Assembly (NCBI GenBank): GCA_977030845.1
Contig: OZ365113.1
Location: 15,810,001-15,874,000, forward strand
Source of the DNA: Fimbriosthenelais zetlandica
Taxonomy: Eukaryota
Reading direction: 5' to 3'
Length of the DNA stretch: 64,000 nt
Position numbers and translations under genes: made by a program. Under the pieces are notes generated by a model. It saw only the letters and a program-made list of their open reading frames with translations, searched no databases and was not told the origin of the DNA. Below, in pieces: positions 46,835 to 59,802 of this stretch; position 1 is the stretch's first letter, and the number at the start of each line of letters is the position of its first letter.

Positions 46835-47967
46835 GTCGCCGCCACCGACACGTCACTTCCGTTGCAGGGATCCTGGCTAGGTCGGCGGGCTCTCTGGGTG
46901 CGCGGGAGGTGCGCTAAGGGAGATTTCTCCACGTGCCGATCGGCTAGGGATTAGGAAGCACAACCCTAAATAGAGGATCTATACTGGGGAGGGATATGGA
47001 GGGGAGTGTAATTGGGTGTTTCGGGCTAGGGTTGGGGTGGATGGATATTTAGACGCATGTTGAGTGAAGGGCCTAGGTAGCACATTATACAGTCTCAATC
47101 ATTGTCTGAAGACAACAGGTTTTTGATGTGGAAATGGACTGGATGAATTCTGAATGAATTCTGGTGAGTCTAGCGCCTCTGGTTTGGTGGCATTGGTGAT
47201 AATTGAAACATGTGAGTAGTATATGGAGAGGTATATTATACTCGGGAAACAATAATCAAAGAATAACTATTATATACCCTTGATCCTGGACTTTAGCACC
47301 ACACATAACTTGGCAAACCTAAAGGGTGAATTCACCTTCATTAAAGTATAACTTCGTAAAAAGTCGTGGAATTATCTACCAGAAAAAAGGGTATATTCTG
47401 TAGGCCTACATCTTTGAGTTCAGAGTTAAACTGCATGTGGCTAATCCCCTCACACAGGTCCCATTCAGTACATTTTCTATACTAAACTGTGGACCTACTG
47501 ACGTACCCATGATTGAGGGTAATTTAAATTGTCAGGTGTCCTACTATTGAAAGCTTCCCACCACTAAAAGCTGGTATTTGGAGGCACCTGACAGAGCCCA
47601 CCAGGGAGCGCGCCCGAAATCCACCCTAACAAGCACGCTCAGGTTACCAATAGACAGCTTTAACCTTTCCACATTCAATATACTTTCTACCTTTCATCCC
47701 CACAGTACTAAATGGTCTTTTGACCATTAATTACTGCCATCAAAACAGATCTATCTGATGAAATGTAACAGGAGATGTGTGGTGCTTAATCTACATACAA
47801 GTGATTCTTACAGAGATACTATACTACCTCCCTAGGCGATTCCTTCTCTCGTTTGTATCCATTCAAAATTATCCAACAATCCCACAGTGGAGTGCTTTGC
47901 CAAGGGAAGACCACATTCCAAGCTTTTGGAAGTACAATCAGCATGCATAACTGTGTCCTGATTGCCG

Positions 47968-48071
47968 AGATAAATTTAGATAGGCTTTGATAAAGACAGC
48001 GGGTGGTACCGATAAGGATCTGGAGGAAGGCGTAAGGACGGCCCGGGAGAGGAGAGACCGAGAGAGATAAG
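47968..48071 (+). promoter_or_regulatory. Cluster of five co-oriented GATA sites
   Basis: AGATAA 47968, AGATAG 47978, TGATAA 47988, CGATAAG 48010, AGATAAG 48065. Confidence 0.6.
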
Positions 48072-49467
48072 GATCTAGGCGGGGAGAGACTGGACTGAAG
48101 GCCGCCAAGGCCCCGTGCTGAGGCGGTCTGTTGGGGAACTAGAATGATTCAGTCAATCCAATACAATTCCTGCTCCTTGACTTACACTAATTTGTCGCGC
48201 CAGGGAAGGCGCAAACTAATTGGACGTAGATAAATGGCCAGAGCGTGTTATGAATATTTTCTTTGGTTCTGGAGCCTTGGACGTGATGCCTTTAACTAAA
48301 AAGTTATGGGCTATATATATTTCCCTGCCATACATGAATATAGGGAGGTTCCTATCTTTCTAGTTTTCACTGAAAAATATTCTGAACTAACATCATGTAT
48401 GAAAACTACTCCAGTAGATTTGAAATATAATAATTTCCGTTGCATTTAAACTGCTTTAACTAAACCTTCCGTCAGAATGTCTCCTACGTGAGTAGTATAT
48501 GAAAATGGGTATCCATCGTAGGCGGATTTCTATATTGGTAAAATCAGTCTATTGATTCATCATTCAAAGAATTAATGATCCGTCCACCAATTTCTAAGTC
48601 ATATGGCCTTCCCGAACCATATATAGTACAATCTTCAAAATATTCTAAAATAAAATATAGAGAATTCAATTTTTAAAAACTGGTCTAACAGTGGTGTTAA
48701 CAACTAAGTATATGTATGGAGACAATAAGAATGAGCTCAATATGATCTATCATCTGACGTCCCCGGTGTCACATCTGTCTACCACATGAAGAGTTCCTAG
48801 ACCAGCTTTATCAGATGATTTTTGCCTAAAAAAGCTCGATAGTCCACGTCCCTATCAGCTCGGCTGATCAGAGTGCATCAACAGCTGCCAATATTGGATG
48901 GCCATATATATATGGATACCAAAGCGTTAAAGATGCTATCATATAGTGGCATCTCTGGCTATTATGTATACATACAATGAATTACTATAAGACAACCTGT
49001 ATATAGATGTATAAATGCAAAAATTGACCTGTTATCCTTCCATGTCTGAGAATTATTCATAAAATATATGAAATTGAACTTACATTGAGATACATTTTCT
49101 CAGGGGTTGTTATTCCCCTCCTCCTGTGTATAAGATCTAATCTGATTGGATCAATGTACAATCAGCACATAAAGATCACCAAAGCTAGATCCCATGTTCT
49201 ATTATTGATAGTCCGAGACAAGCTTGTAGGAATCTTGTTTATATCAGTAAAGAAAAGAGGGGGATCTCTTGAGGTTGAATCTCCTAGTGTTTGCTTATAG
49301 TTGTGTCCATTTAAGAAATGAAGTCCCATATATCCATGACAATGCGGCAAACATCTGGGTTTTAAATACCCTCGAGCCCATATAGCGATGCGTTATCGGG
49401 GCTATTCTAGTAGAAGTAAATAAAAAAGCCCCTAGATAAGATAGAAACAAGAGATAAGGAAGCTTAC

Positions 49468-49692
49468 CCCGAAATAGATCTCTATTGTGAACGCGTGGTT
49501 GGTGTTGTTGTGGTGGTGTGGCACTGTTGGGGCATTGGATGATGCTGATATGATTGAAGTAAACAGACTGGTGGCCCCAGTATAGCCCCCACTGACACCG
49601 AAAGAGCATTCAGAGGGGCGTGGTCTGGCCGCCTCCCCAGTGTCACTCTCCGCCATCCATACCCACTGCCTCCCGTAGCCATGGGAACCTCT
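49468..49692 (-). other. Candidate upstream internal exon (225 nt)
   Basis: Acceptor ctattttctctgcaacag|A and donor GGG|gtaagc flank a GC-richer block. No homology recognised. Confidence 0.3.
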
Positions 49693-52600
49693 CTGTTGCA
49701 GAGAAAATAGGGCCTAGAAGTCCAACCCCCACGGACGTCCGCCAGAGTAATATTAGGGTCATTACCCCAAACTGGCTCGCTCCATTGGGAGCCCCTCACC
49801 CCACCATGGGAGTATTTGCAATGGATCCAGGGCCCTTCTGAACGGGCCCAATACTATTGCCCCCAATGCCCGAGACAGAGTCTGTTTTGGTCAGGGAATT
49901 TCTCGGAAGACAGTCACTCACAAAAGCTGGGCTGGTAGAGCGAGTGGTGGGAATTCCAGCTGGGAACATCTATCTGACTTGAAAGAGTAGGACATGGAGC
50001 TGTGGTTGGGGGAATGTGACGGCAAGAGGTCTCCCGAGGTTTGAGATGACTGGCCTGTTTACTTCTAAACAAGGATGACTGCTTGTAGGAGTGGACATGG
50101 AAATGAGGAGAATTAAATGTACCTCCAGCCTTTATATTATGACCTTCATTCTCCTTCCATTGCTCGGTCCCCTTCCACTCCCACGCTTGCCTCTTCTAGA
50201 CATTTTCTTCCATGCAATGTATACAAATTAACATTATATTCCACCAAATTATAGATTACCATTTTCTGTCAAGCAATGTATTTTTATCAATTCTTCCACT
50301 CACTTTCAAATATACGGCCAATTCTCCCTAATTTTATGTGGTAAAAGATATAATTTTCAATTAGAATATTATTTATATTCAATTGATAAATGAGATCCAA
50401 TATGAGGAGTCTTTCCAATGGCTAATCATCCATCCCTAACACTCGTTGACCATGGGAATATCAATGACAGTCGATATGAGTAATTTAGGCAATTTAAGCC
50501 AAAATGGCCTGTGATTCCCACGAGATCCTGGCCGTCATTAAAAGATCGTTTGTTTGTTGTTAGGCCACGTAACGGGGCCAGACGTGTATGCTTGGGTGAG
50601 CTGAGGGTGAATTGACATGTGGTCCTGGGAGATGATCTGGCGCGCCATATCGGCCTGCATATAGAGAGATGCCTATCTAAATCCTATCTCCAGTATTGTC
50701 CAGCGGGAGAGGGTCCCCTCATAACTACCACCATCCGGCCTCAAAGGCCCGTGACATGGGCCCTAAACAACCGTGACTTCTCGCCCAATTAAACGGAAAA
50801 TAATTAAAAGGACATCGCGCGACGAGCACGAGGAATCGCTCGTGCGAATCGCGCCAGATGCATATGGCAATGATGTCGCTTTGACCAGGCTGATTGTCCT
50901 CACCAATTTGGACTTCAAAGGCTTGGTGACAACGTCATTGACCTGTTCCTGACATCCCAGGCATAATTCTGACCTTTTCAAAATTGTACCGTCTGGTGTT
51001 GATGAACAAGCTCTTGCCTTGATTTGTTGTTACCACTTGCAACTACTTGGGAGGTAAAAACACCTTACATGGAACCACTCAGCAAGAGTGGGAGAATATT
51101 AAATTATTTGTCAACACATGTACGCAGGAATTGTACAATATCTCCTTTCCAACAGATTTACGATTCCTAAATTACAAATATTGAAATACCCAAATCAGTG
51201 ATATCACTATGAGTCAATGAATAAATTAAAGAATATCATTTTCTATGAGGTTACATGCAAATCCATTTAATTTGCATTTCACACCCATGGTACGTGTTTA
51301 ACTAAATTCTTAGTGACGACAATAGCAGAAAAGGTCGCAACATCCTAATAATACCCCTTTCCGAGCTCCATGGAACCCGAAATATTTATGAAAACGATTT
51401 TGACATCATTGTCTGCAAGAAAAAATGGGCACGTGATAAAAGACAGTGTCCATTTCAAGAATACTGGGTTTGGGGGCTAACTGCTGTGAAAATGCTTTGA
51501 TATCTTGCTCGGATGGAGCACGTGTTTGATTATATTAATGGCTTTGGACGCGTGCTGCCTCCTCCGCCGCCTCATCATCAGCTTTTAACGATGCTCGCGG
51601 TCTACATTCACCATGGCGGCTGTATTTCACCATGACAAAACGTGCCTGTGAATGGCACTGACACTCGTCAGCCATTGCTTCCCTTTGGCGCCCTGACTGT
51701 GGCCACTGGCCCTGCCGACTGACAGCCGCCACGTGCCGCCACCGACCAGCGTCTGAATAGCGTTCACCGCCCGACATTTGGGGGGATACATACATGGGTA
51801 AAGTACTGCGATTCTTCCACGTCCCATCTCATTTCTTTTAATGGTAGGCCTATAGATAACGGTCATTAATGTCCATGGGGTGTATAATGATTAATTGTTA
51901 TGTCTTCCGGAGCTCTAGCGTTGGTTTAAATGATGTATATAGACCCGTAAAGCTCTACCCCATGGAAGGGCACCTGTAGCAGTGTAGGAGAAAAAGGGTT
52001 AATGTAATTATTTATGTTTGGCAAGTATGTGTAGTACCCTGGAGGAAGGATAATAAGAGCTAGGAATTGGGGGTTTGTGGTTGGGATTTACGACTGTGTT
52101 CAAGGTCTCAGTCACCTTGCGTTTTAATGTCCCTTGAGATAAGGTTGGGACGAGTGGGGTGGCAGGTGTTGTGCCGGAGAAACGAGCTGACGTCCGGTAC
52201 TTTTCATCGGCACCCAGGCGCACCTGTCCCGGGGAGGTTTGAGATGACAGCGACCACCGTCAAGCCATCAACACGCACTGCCACCACCCCCATATACACA
52301 GACACCACCCAGTCACCCCCGACTCCCACATGACATTGTCACAACCATTTACACCCATTATACCCTCCGCTGCTCATTTCAATATCATGTTTTCATCCTG
52401 CCTGATCCAAAACAATAGGCACCCCTTGCCGAGTCAATTTCCAGTCGTTAAAGCCGGACCCCGGGGCGTCTATGGGGAGGGTAGGGGTGAGGACCGGGGA
52501 TGGAATACAACCTATGCCGCCTCTATTGCAGGTGGGCTGACCCTGGGGCGAAAGTCATCATCACCATCCCCGTCAAAAACAGTTAATATGGGAGGTCAGG

Positions 52601-53197
52601 GGAAGCGCATGATGACGGGAACAGAGAGGACCTTGTATCATCCTTTATACTGTCACTTGTCATACTCCCCCTGGTCACTACGGGCTCCAAAAACAGGTGC
52701 AAAATTCATTAACCTGCCGTCCCCACCAAGTAAAGCTAATTAACATTGGGATTTTTCCATGCTGGTCAGATAAAACATTTCTTTGAAGTGTAAAAGTAAG
52801 CGAATGTAAACCGTGGGATTTCAAACAGATGAGTATGGGGCCCCTCGGGGGTCCACCCATATTGGTAATTGTTTTGATCAGTTTAACAATTATCTATTTT
52901 ATCTACGCGATCAGCATTAATTTTCATGACAGTGTGAAAAAGAAAAGTATACATATATAGACATTTCAATTCTGATGATAGTTCTGTTAAACACGTAAAA
53001 GATAAATTCATAGGTAAACTAAATGGAATATTAAATCTATATAGAATTTTTTAACTCTATAGATTTGATATATTTGAGACAATTTACAGTGGTCACAAGG
53101 GTGAACAGCATGTCCGTCACGGGGAGTAGCTCGCCCCATATCTCTCCACAACTAGGCCATGTACGGCGAGTCGCTCACAACACTGGGTCAAACTCAC

Positions 53198-53583
53198 CTC
53201 CCTCCAATATACACAGCCAGTAAACAATAGAACAGAAGTGTACATATTGTATAGGAAACAATGCTGTAATGTATTACAAGGAGTATTATTTCTGGTGGAA
53301 TTGCTGCTATGATAAATGGCTTATGATTTATGTGATTCCAGCACCTATCTCCTCGAGACGCCATCGCCAGAAGAAATCAGTGATAGAGTTGATATCCTAT
53401 CCTTAGACTGACTGAATTTTATCAGCGTTAACAGGGGAAGCTATAGTAGCACTGTCGTCTCCCCACAACAATCAAAACATTTGAGGTTGTAATGATCGCG
53501 GGCGGACAACAATCACCAAAAGATGGCCAAAAGGCGCGCCAAAATTAGAGGCGCGATATAGAAATCGCGTTCCTTTATATATA
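53198..53583 (-). promoter_or_regulatory. Candidate far-upstream TATA promoter and first exon
   Basis: TATATATAAAG at 53583-53573, Inr-like CTAATTT with A at 53546, donor GAG|gtgagt at 53198/53197, GATA cluster immediately upstream. Confidence 0.35.
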
Positions 53584-56500
53584 CGTTCCGTTGCAATGGT
53601 CTGTTGGTTGTGATTTGGAAGAAGAGGTGTTTATCAGAGGAAGATAGGAGCTGGCGGCGGTCAGCTGATGGTCTTAGACACTGGAGGAGGTAGTGTTTGG
53701 AAGGAGGGTTGTGGTGGGAAGATAATCGGTGGCCATGGTATCTTAATCTAGGTGGGAGCGGTGAGATATGGGAGCGTCGCCAACCGGCAGAGTAAGCATA
53801 GCGCGCATATCTTACCTTATCTGTCCAGCGCAGACTGGGTTGTAAATCTGACGAGTAAAATCTCCTCGTTCCTACATAGATATATGAAAAGTAGGCCTGT
53901 GAGTGTGCGACTGAATGAGGGGCGACGGCTGGTGATGGCAGTAGACGTGGTGGTGTTGGTGGAAGAAGTAGTGGTAGTGACGATTTTTGGTAATGGTGGT
54001 GCAGGCGTTTGTCTGTGGTGGACAGATCAGAGGTTTTGTTTATCGCAAAGTCTCTTATCGGTGCTGATTGATCTTTTTTCTTAAAAAATGAGGCTAATTT
54101 AGCAGAAGCAGCGGAGATGTAAGGAACACATGGCCGCGTGCATCATGAGGTCTGTGAGCCGAGCACAGCATTAAATATCTGGCTGAGGGGGAAGCAGCCA
54201 CTGCGCCTGCGCCGTTCTGGGCATGGACCTATAGTACCGCTTCTACTGCTTTGCTTTTGCCCGCTGCTACTGCTGATGCTACAGAGGAACCCCCACCCCC
54301 AACCTTCCACCCCCTCCCCCCTCCCCCACTCCTCCTTCCTCCATCTCCTCTCCGACCCCCTACCACCCCCTCCTGTGGTATAGGACACATGCCTATTGCT
54401 GCTGTTGCCGCCGACTTGCTGGCGTAATTTACATCAGAGCCTTGGCCCGGCGGTCGGCGGTATGCGCTTATCTGATAGCAGCTCCTATCTCAATATTGTA
54501 CACAGCTTCACCCGCACTAGACCGCCAGCCCCAGACTGGCACTATCAAAGCTCAAAAATCCAGATAGGCGACCACAGATATAAATACGAGATGGCCAGTT
54601 CAGTTGCCATGGAAAAACAGGAGGGCAGCGTTTGCTGTCATAGCCTCTGATGCCCCTCTTGCTACATATAAAACAGGCCGCAAAATGGCCGAGCTAAGCC
54701 GAGGCCAGGGCCGAGGGCCATCTATCTGAGGCAAGTATTATATCAGCTAGAGATTATAAAACTCAACACCAGACAACTTCATCTCCATCTATGTGCGCTG
54801 CTAGCGGTGGGGTGTTGTCTCATGATTGTCTATGTATGTACACACTATATATGGGACATATATTATACGAGGGAAAGGTAGGGGAGAGAGAAAGGGACAG
54901 AGGGAGCGAGGGACGGGAGGGAGCCTTGGAAAGAAAGTGCCAGGGGGAAGGCTTATGATTGGTTTGCATAATGTGATGCCTTCAACAAATGAACAATGTC
55001 ATATACTACTTATACTTTTATTAAAATCCTGAGGATGACCTCTTTTTTTATATACTACTTACAAGCAAGCGAATGGACATCAATATGTTGGATTCCCTGG
55101 AGTAAATTAGATTTTTATGAACAATCTTTTCTTAGAAATGGAATACTGGCGTGGAAACGTCAGTTTATATATCCCTTAAAGAATTCTATTTAATAAACAG
55201 TTTATTTGTGGTGTTATCTACTGTACCACACAGATCCAGAATGAAACGAGGGGGAAGGTTAGAGATGGCACTAGTGAATTTCTCCAGGGTGGATAGGGAT
55301 TGGCTACTGCTCTTCCAGTCCTTTACACCGCTTCCACCCCCATCCACGTTCATGGTCCCCACTCTCTTATCTCTTACAGATAACATCACCTCCACACCAA
55401 GATAAAGTGAGGAGGGTAAATCCTCTGACCCTTTCTTGGTGGGGGCTATGTGCGTGTATGTAGTAAGCGTTGTGGAGGTATGAGAACAATATACCATATT
55501 AACTCGAATTGTACCTCCACTTATTGCGGGTAGCTATAGGGTTGAGGTGTTGGACGTGGGTGTGTAGATGCGTTCTTTGAGGGGGTTGGAGTATGAACCT
55601 TGTGTGACTCCTGGTATTAAGTAAACTTTATATTCGTATAGTATATACGCAGTGTAGAATTTCTTGCGGGTTCAAGTATAATATGGACCGTATAGGGGAA
55701 ACTCAAGGTAGCAATGCAATCCACCGCTCCTATGAAAAGGTTGGTTAATGGTGGGAAATATGGTTGGGGGCATTCAGTGCTTTATATATGGTACTTACAG
55801 TCGTGAGTAGTATATGGGAAGCGGGGTCTAGGGATGGGAAGGGAGGGGGCAGGAGACTGGGGTTGTAAGGTGTGGGATCTAGTGGTGGTAGAGGGCCTAT
55901 TGATCACACCCAGGGCTGGCCACACAGGATCCGTGGAGGAGGCCGGAGCAGAGCAGCCTAATGCAGTGATGGATTACTGATGACAAAGTGAGCGATAATA
56001 CGGCTGGGATTTATCCCACGTGTATACGCCAAGATCATGTCCTGTCCTATATCACTGAGAGGAGCAACTGTAGGGGAATGGAAGGGAACTGAGTAGTAGG
56101 AGGGCTATAGGCATGCTTCAATACCCTCAAAACAATGTCTTTATTAAACTACTAAAGTGTGTTATCCACTTTTCGTGCAAACTTCTGGATGTGCCCACGA
56201 AAGCATCGCGAACTGCCTGCTTGACTTTAAGATGCCTGCTTGATTCTTTCACGATGTGTCTGCGACCGTTTCCTCCTTGCACGATGTCTTAGCAATGTCT
56301 TTGGGATCTGTTCTGTTCGTGGACTGGGTTTCTGCATTCATACATGTATACTTCCGGTTTTTTTTATTCCACTCAGCCCATGCTGATTCAATGCCAAAGG
56401 ACACCCAGCAATGTGTTTTGCTGAGGGGCAAAAATATGATGGAGGGCGTTCGAGATCTCTTTGGTATGGTTTGCGATTCATGGGCCTTCGTGGATCAGCC

Positions 56501-59500
56501 GCGAAGTACAAAAGATTACCAAAGAGCAGAAAATATATATAAAGAAACTTATAGTAATCACAACAAAGATTAGTCGACCTCAACTTCCGAGTTTATATGT
56601 GCCTATAAAATACAAGGGGAATGCATCATTTCTCTGACACTTCTCTGCCACAAAGGGACAATAATCATTGTAGCCTTATTCCATTCTCCTCTGGTAACTG
56701 TGATGTTATGATGGTCCATTACCCATCTCCTCCCCGGTAGAAAATAGTCCTCCACGGTCTGTGGGAAATATCCTAATTAAAGCATCACACACGTAACGAG
56801 CGGCGCACACTGGGTCCAGGATTTTCGGTCCTGGCAAAGCGATCTGCACAATATGGAAAGACACCACGAAGCCCTGGCTGCCGCTGTAAAAAGATAACAG
56901 ATGAATGTTATCAGTGGTGTGATCGCCTAGTTTGCGCGTGAATGCTGTTATCTCCCATCTTCTGGTATGATCAATCTTACTCAGGGTCGCCCGGTAGACG
57001 TTGGGCCCTTTGCATGGGGGCCTCCGTTGCTGGGGGATGGTGCTGGGGGCAGTCTGAGTAGTGCAACAAAATGGTGGTCTGACCCTGGTATTACGCTGAT
57101 CCCACAGAATAACCTGATGGGAAAAGCAGATTACTCCTATTATACACCGTTAGTAGAAGTTATAAATGAACTAAGTATCTCTAATCATGCACTGGGGATA
57201 GCTTAATAGTCCTAATCTAATCAGTAGTGTAGCCTATTCTAGCTGCATTCTGTTAATTTTCTCGCTGGCCAGTTAGACTAGGCTACAAAATATAGGCGTA
57301 TACATAAGCCTAGCCCATGAAGGCCTATACTGGCTATAGGTATCAATTAGGACATTGCCACCACTACATGTGCTCGTCCTTGTAAGTCTCAATCCATTTT
57401 ATTTCACGTGATGACTGATTGGTAACCTTATATGATGAATTTTAAATGTCATTTATAAAAGTCGCAGAGAAAATTTACGACCTTCCTGGCTACTAATCAC
57501 GAAGAGGTCATTGCCTTGCAGTGCTAGCTTCTGATGAAAGGCTATCTCCCTGATACAAACCCAGACCCTTCCTCGGATGAGTAGTTCCAATAATTAGGTC
57601 ATAGATAAGTTTATGATTGTGTGTAGCCATCTAGCCATGTCGACCTGATAACGACGCCACCGGCACATCGCGACAGTTACGCCCTCCAATGTCTGCTGTC
57701 ATCACCATCTACCACAACAGAAAAGCCGTCAAGCCTGTTTTCGATCTCATCCTATTATCGCTCAGCACCCCCAAATCAGATACACTCCACACGGCAGCAA
57801 ACAATATGGTTTGCGGTCCAAGCGCTTGGCATGGCCGATAAGCGGGCCACTGATATAACGCTTATCGCACCTTCTTGGATTCAATTGTTGAAGTCAATGA
57901 CCTTGGAGATAACTTATTTAACAAGCAATGTCAATTTGTGCCCATCCTGTCAACCAAGATGGGCTGAATTGGGAAGCGCTCAACCGTGGTGAAGTGGTAT
58001 ATAAAACAGGAGATGAGTCAATCTTCTCTTTTGCTCTTGATTCAGCTCAGAGTGGAAATTACATGCATGCAGTCTGTAGGTTGTATGCCTAAGCCAATGA
58101 AATAAAGCCATGAAACCTTTGAAATATTCATCGCTTTTGCAAACATATTAATAAAAAGGTGTAGCCTATAGCCTAAATCAGGTCTTCATATACATTATCT
58201 GATATGGCTTAGATTTGTTTGGCTTCATACTGGTAAATTTCATTTGAAAGGGACGATTTATTAGCTTCAAAATGAATTTGAAGCCAAGCTAATTGAAGCC
58301 ACACTTTTATTGAAGGATAGGCCTAGGCTAAGTTTAAAATGTCACGAAACATCGTTGCATTTCAGTTGTTTACTACATTTAGCATAGCCTAGTGGAAATA
58401 GCTGGTTCTTCGGACAGAGATACAAGCAGCCTGGATCAATGGCTATCAGAATTCTTAATGCCTTTTAAATGGTAAAACGCACATTTCCAATGGGAGATCA
58501 ATGGACCGCCATGGAGTTGGGTAGTCCAGGTTTTTGCCGCTAGTCTCCTTGGTCTGGTCACTCGGTCGCCGCATTGGCCGCTAGTTTTGGAACCATTTGA
58601 TCCCATCAACTGATAACCTTCGATATGACAAAGCCGTAATTCGGCGTCCTCATCCCCGGATGACCGTTGGACATCCGGGACTTAGTCATGGACGCCACTC
58701 AGCCGACCAATGATAAGATCTGTTATAATGAGGAACGCGCGCGCCGCCAGATTCCAAACACAGATGTAACGCCAGCTCTCATTGGGCCACGCGACCCCAT
58801 CGTACCCGACGTATAATTCTCTAATTAGTCTCGTATTCTGTATTAATCAGGTGATTCGGAAGTAATCTTGGTCGCTTCGGAATGCCATCATTCTGTTTTG
58901 TTTTCGCTTCTCATTAACTGCTGAATACTTCAGTCTTGATTATGCATGCATAGGCTGCGCTCTTTAAGGCAGCAGTCGTTTTAACACCGTCGGAATCTGC
59001 CAGCATTCTCGCGGGCGATGAATGATAAATGGTGATTACAGATGTTGTTTTTGCTTTCTCCATTGTCTCAGAAAAATGAATGCCATAAATTATCATCCAC
59101 GTGTAGTGTTCTTTTTGTGTCTGTATACATTATCCACCATAAAGAATACACATCTTGACAGTGTCAAATGAATAAATCGCCATCCATCCTTCTTGAAATA
59201 TCAAAAGATGTATCTTTATGAAGATGAATGTATAAGCCAGTGTATATGAACAATGAAGAGTCCTGACAGGATTTAGAACTATACATGACGATTCCTAGCT
59301 GTTCTGGGAACTTTCGTCACTTCTAGTCTGCTTCTATATTCTACTACATTCTGAGCTTTATATGTCTTGTATACGATTCAGACATTTTGACTTTCCGCCT
59401 TTTATTCCTTTCTCAACGTCGTCAATTGAAAGTCAATGCCCGAGCATTTATAAGAGCAGATCGTGGTCGATGCCTTGGCACCATCAATAGCTAATAAGAT

Positions 59501-59802
59501 CATCCTGGCGTCGTGTTGGTATTATTGACCATGGAGTAGGGGATTCAAGCACCTTCATCACACCCTTAAGACACTGGAGTCAGTCAGACAGGCGTGATGA
59601 CTCAATAAACCCCCCTGAACACTATCACTGACCTTTTCTACTAGAGAGATGGACACCCCAATTTCTCAGGCCGTTCGCCCGTCGCATCCACTCTCTCCAT
59701 CCGCTAGTTTCTCCCCACCTCCCCACTCACAACCTCCTAGCTCCCCCCACCTCCTCCCCCGACCCTTGTCACCGCCACTCGATCGATCTCCATGGCTCCT
59801 CC

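Noticed and set aside
46493-46954. 153-aa plus-strand ORF, the longest outside the gene
   Set aside because: Non-ATG start, crosses a poly-C run and GC island, no recognisable protein features.
9805-50522. Solitary Su(H) sites at 9805, 31942, 37980 and 50515
   Set aside because: Count is about what chance predicts for 8-mers.
52330-52743. 137-aa plus-strand ORF
   Set aside because: Low-information sequence with no recognisable family.
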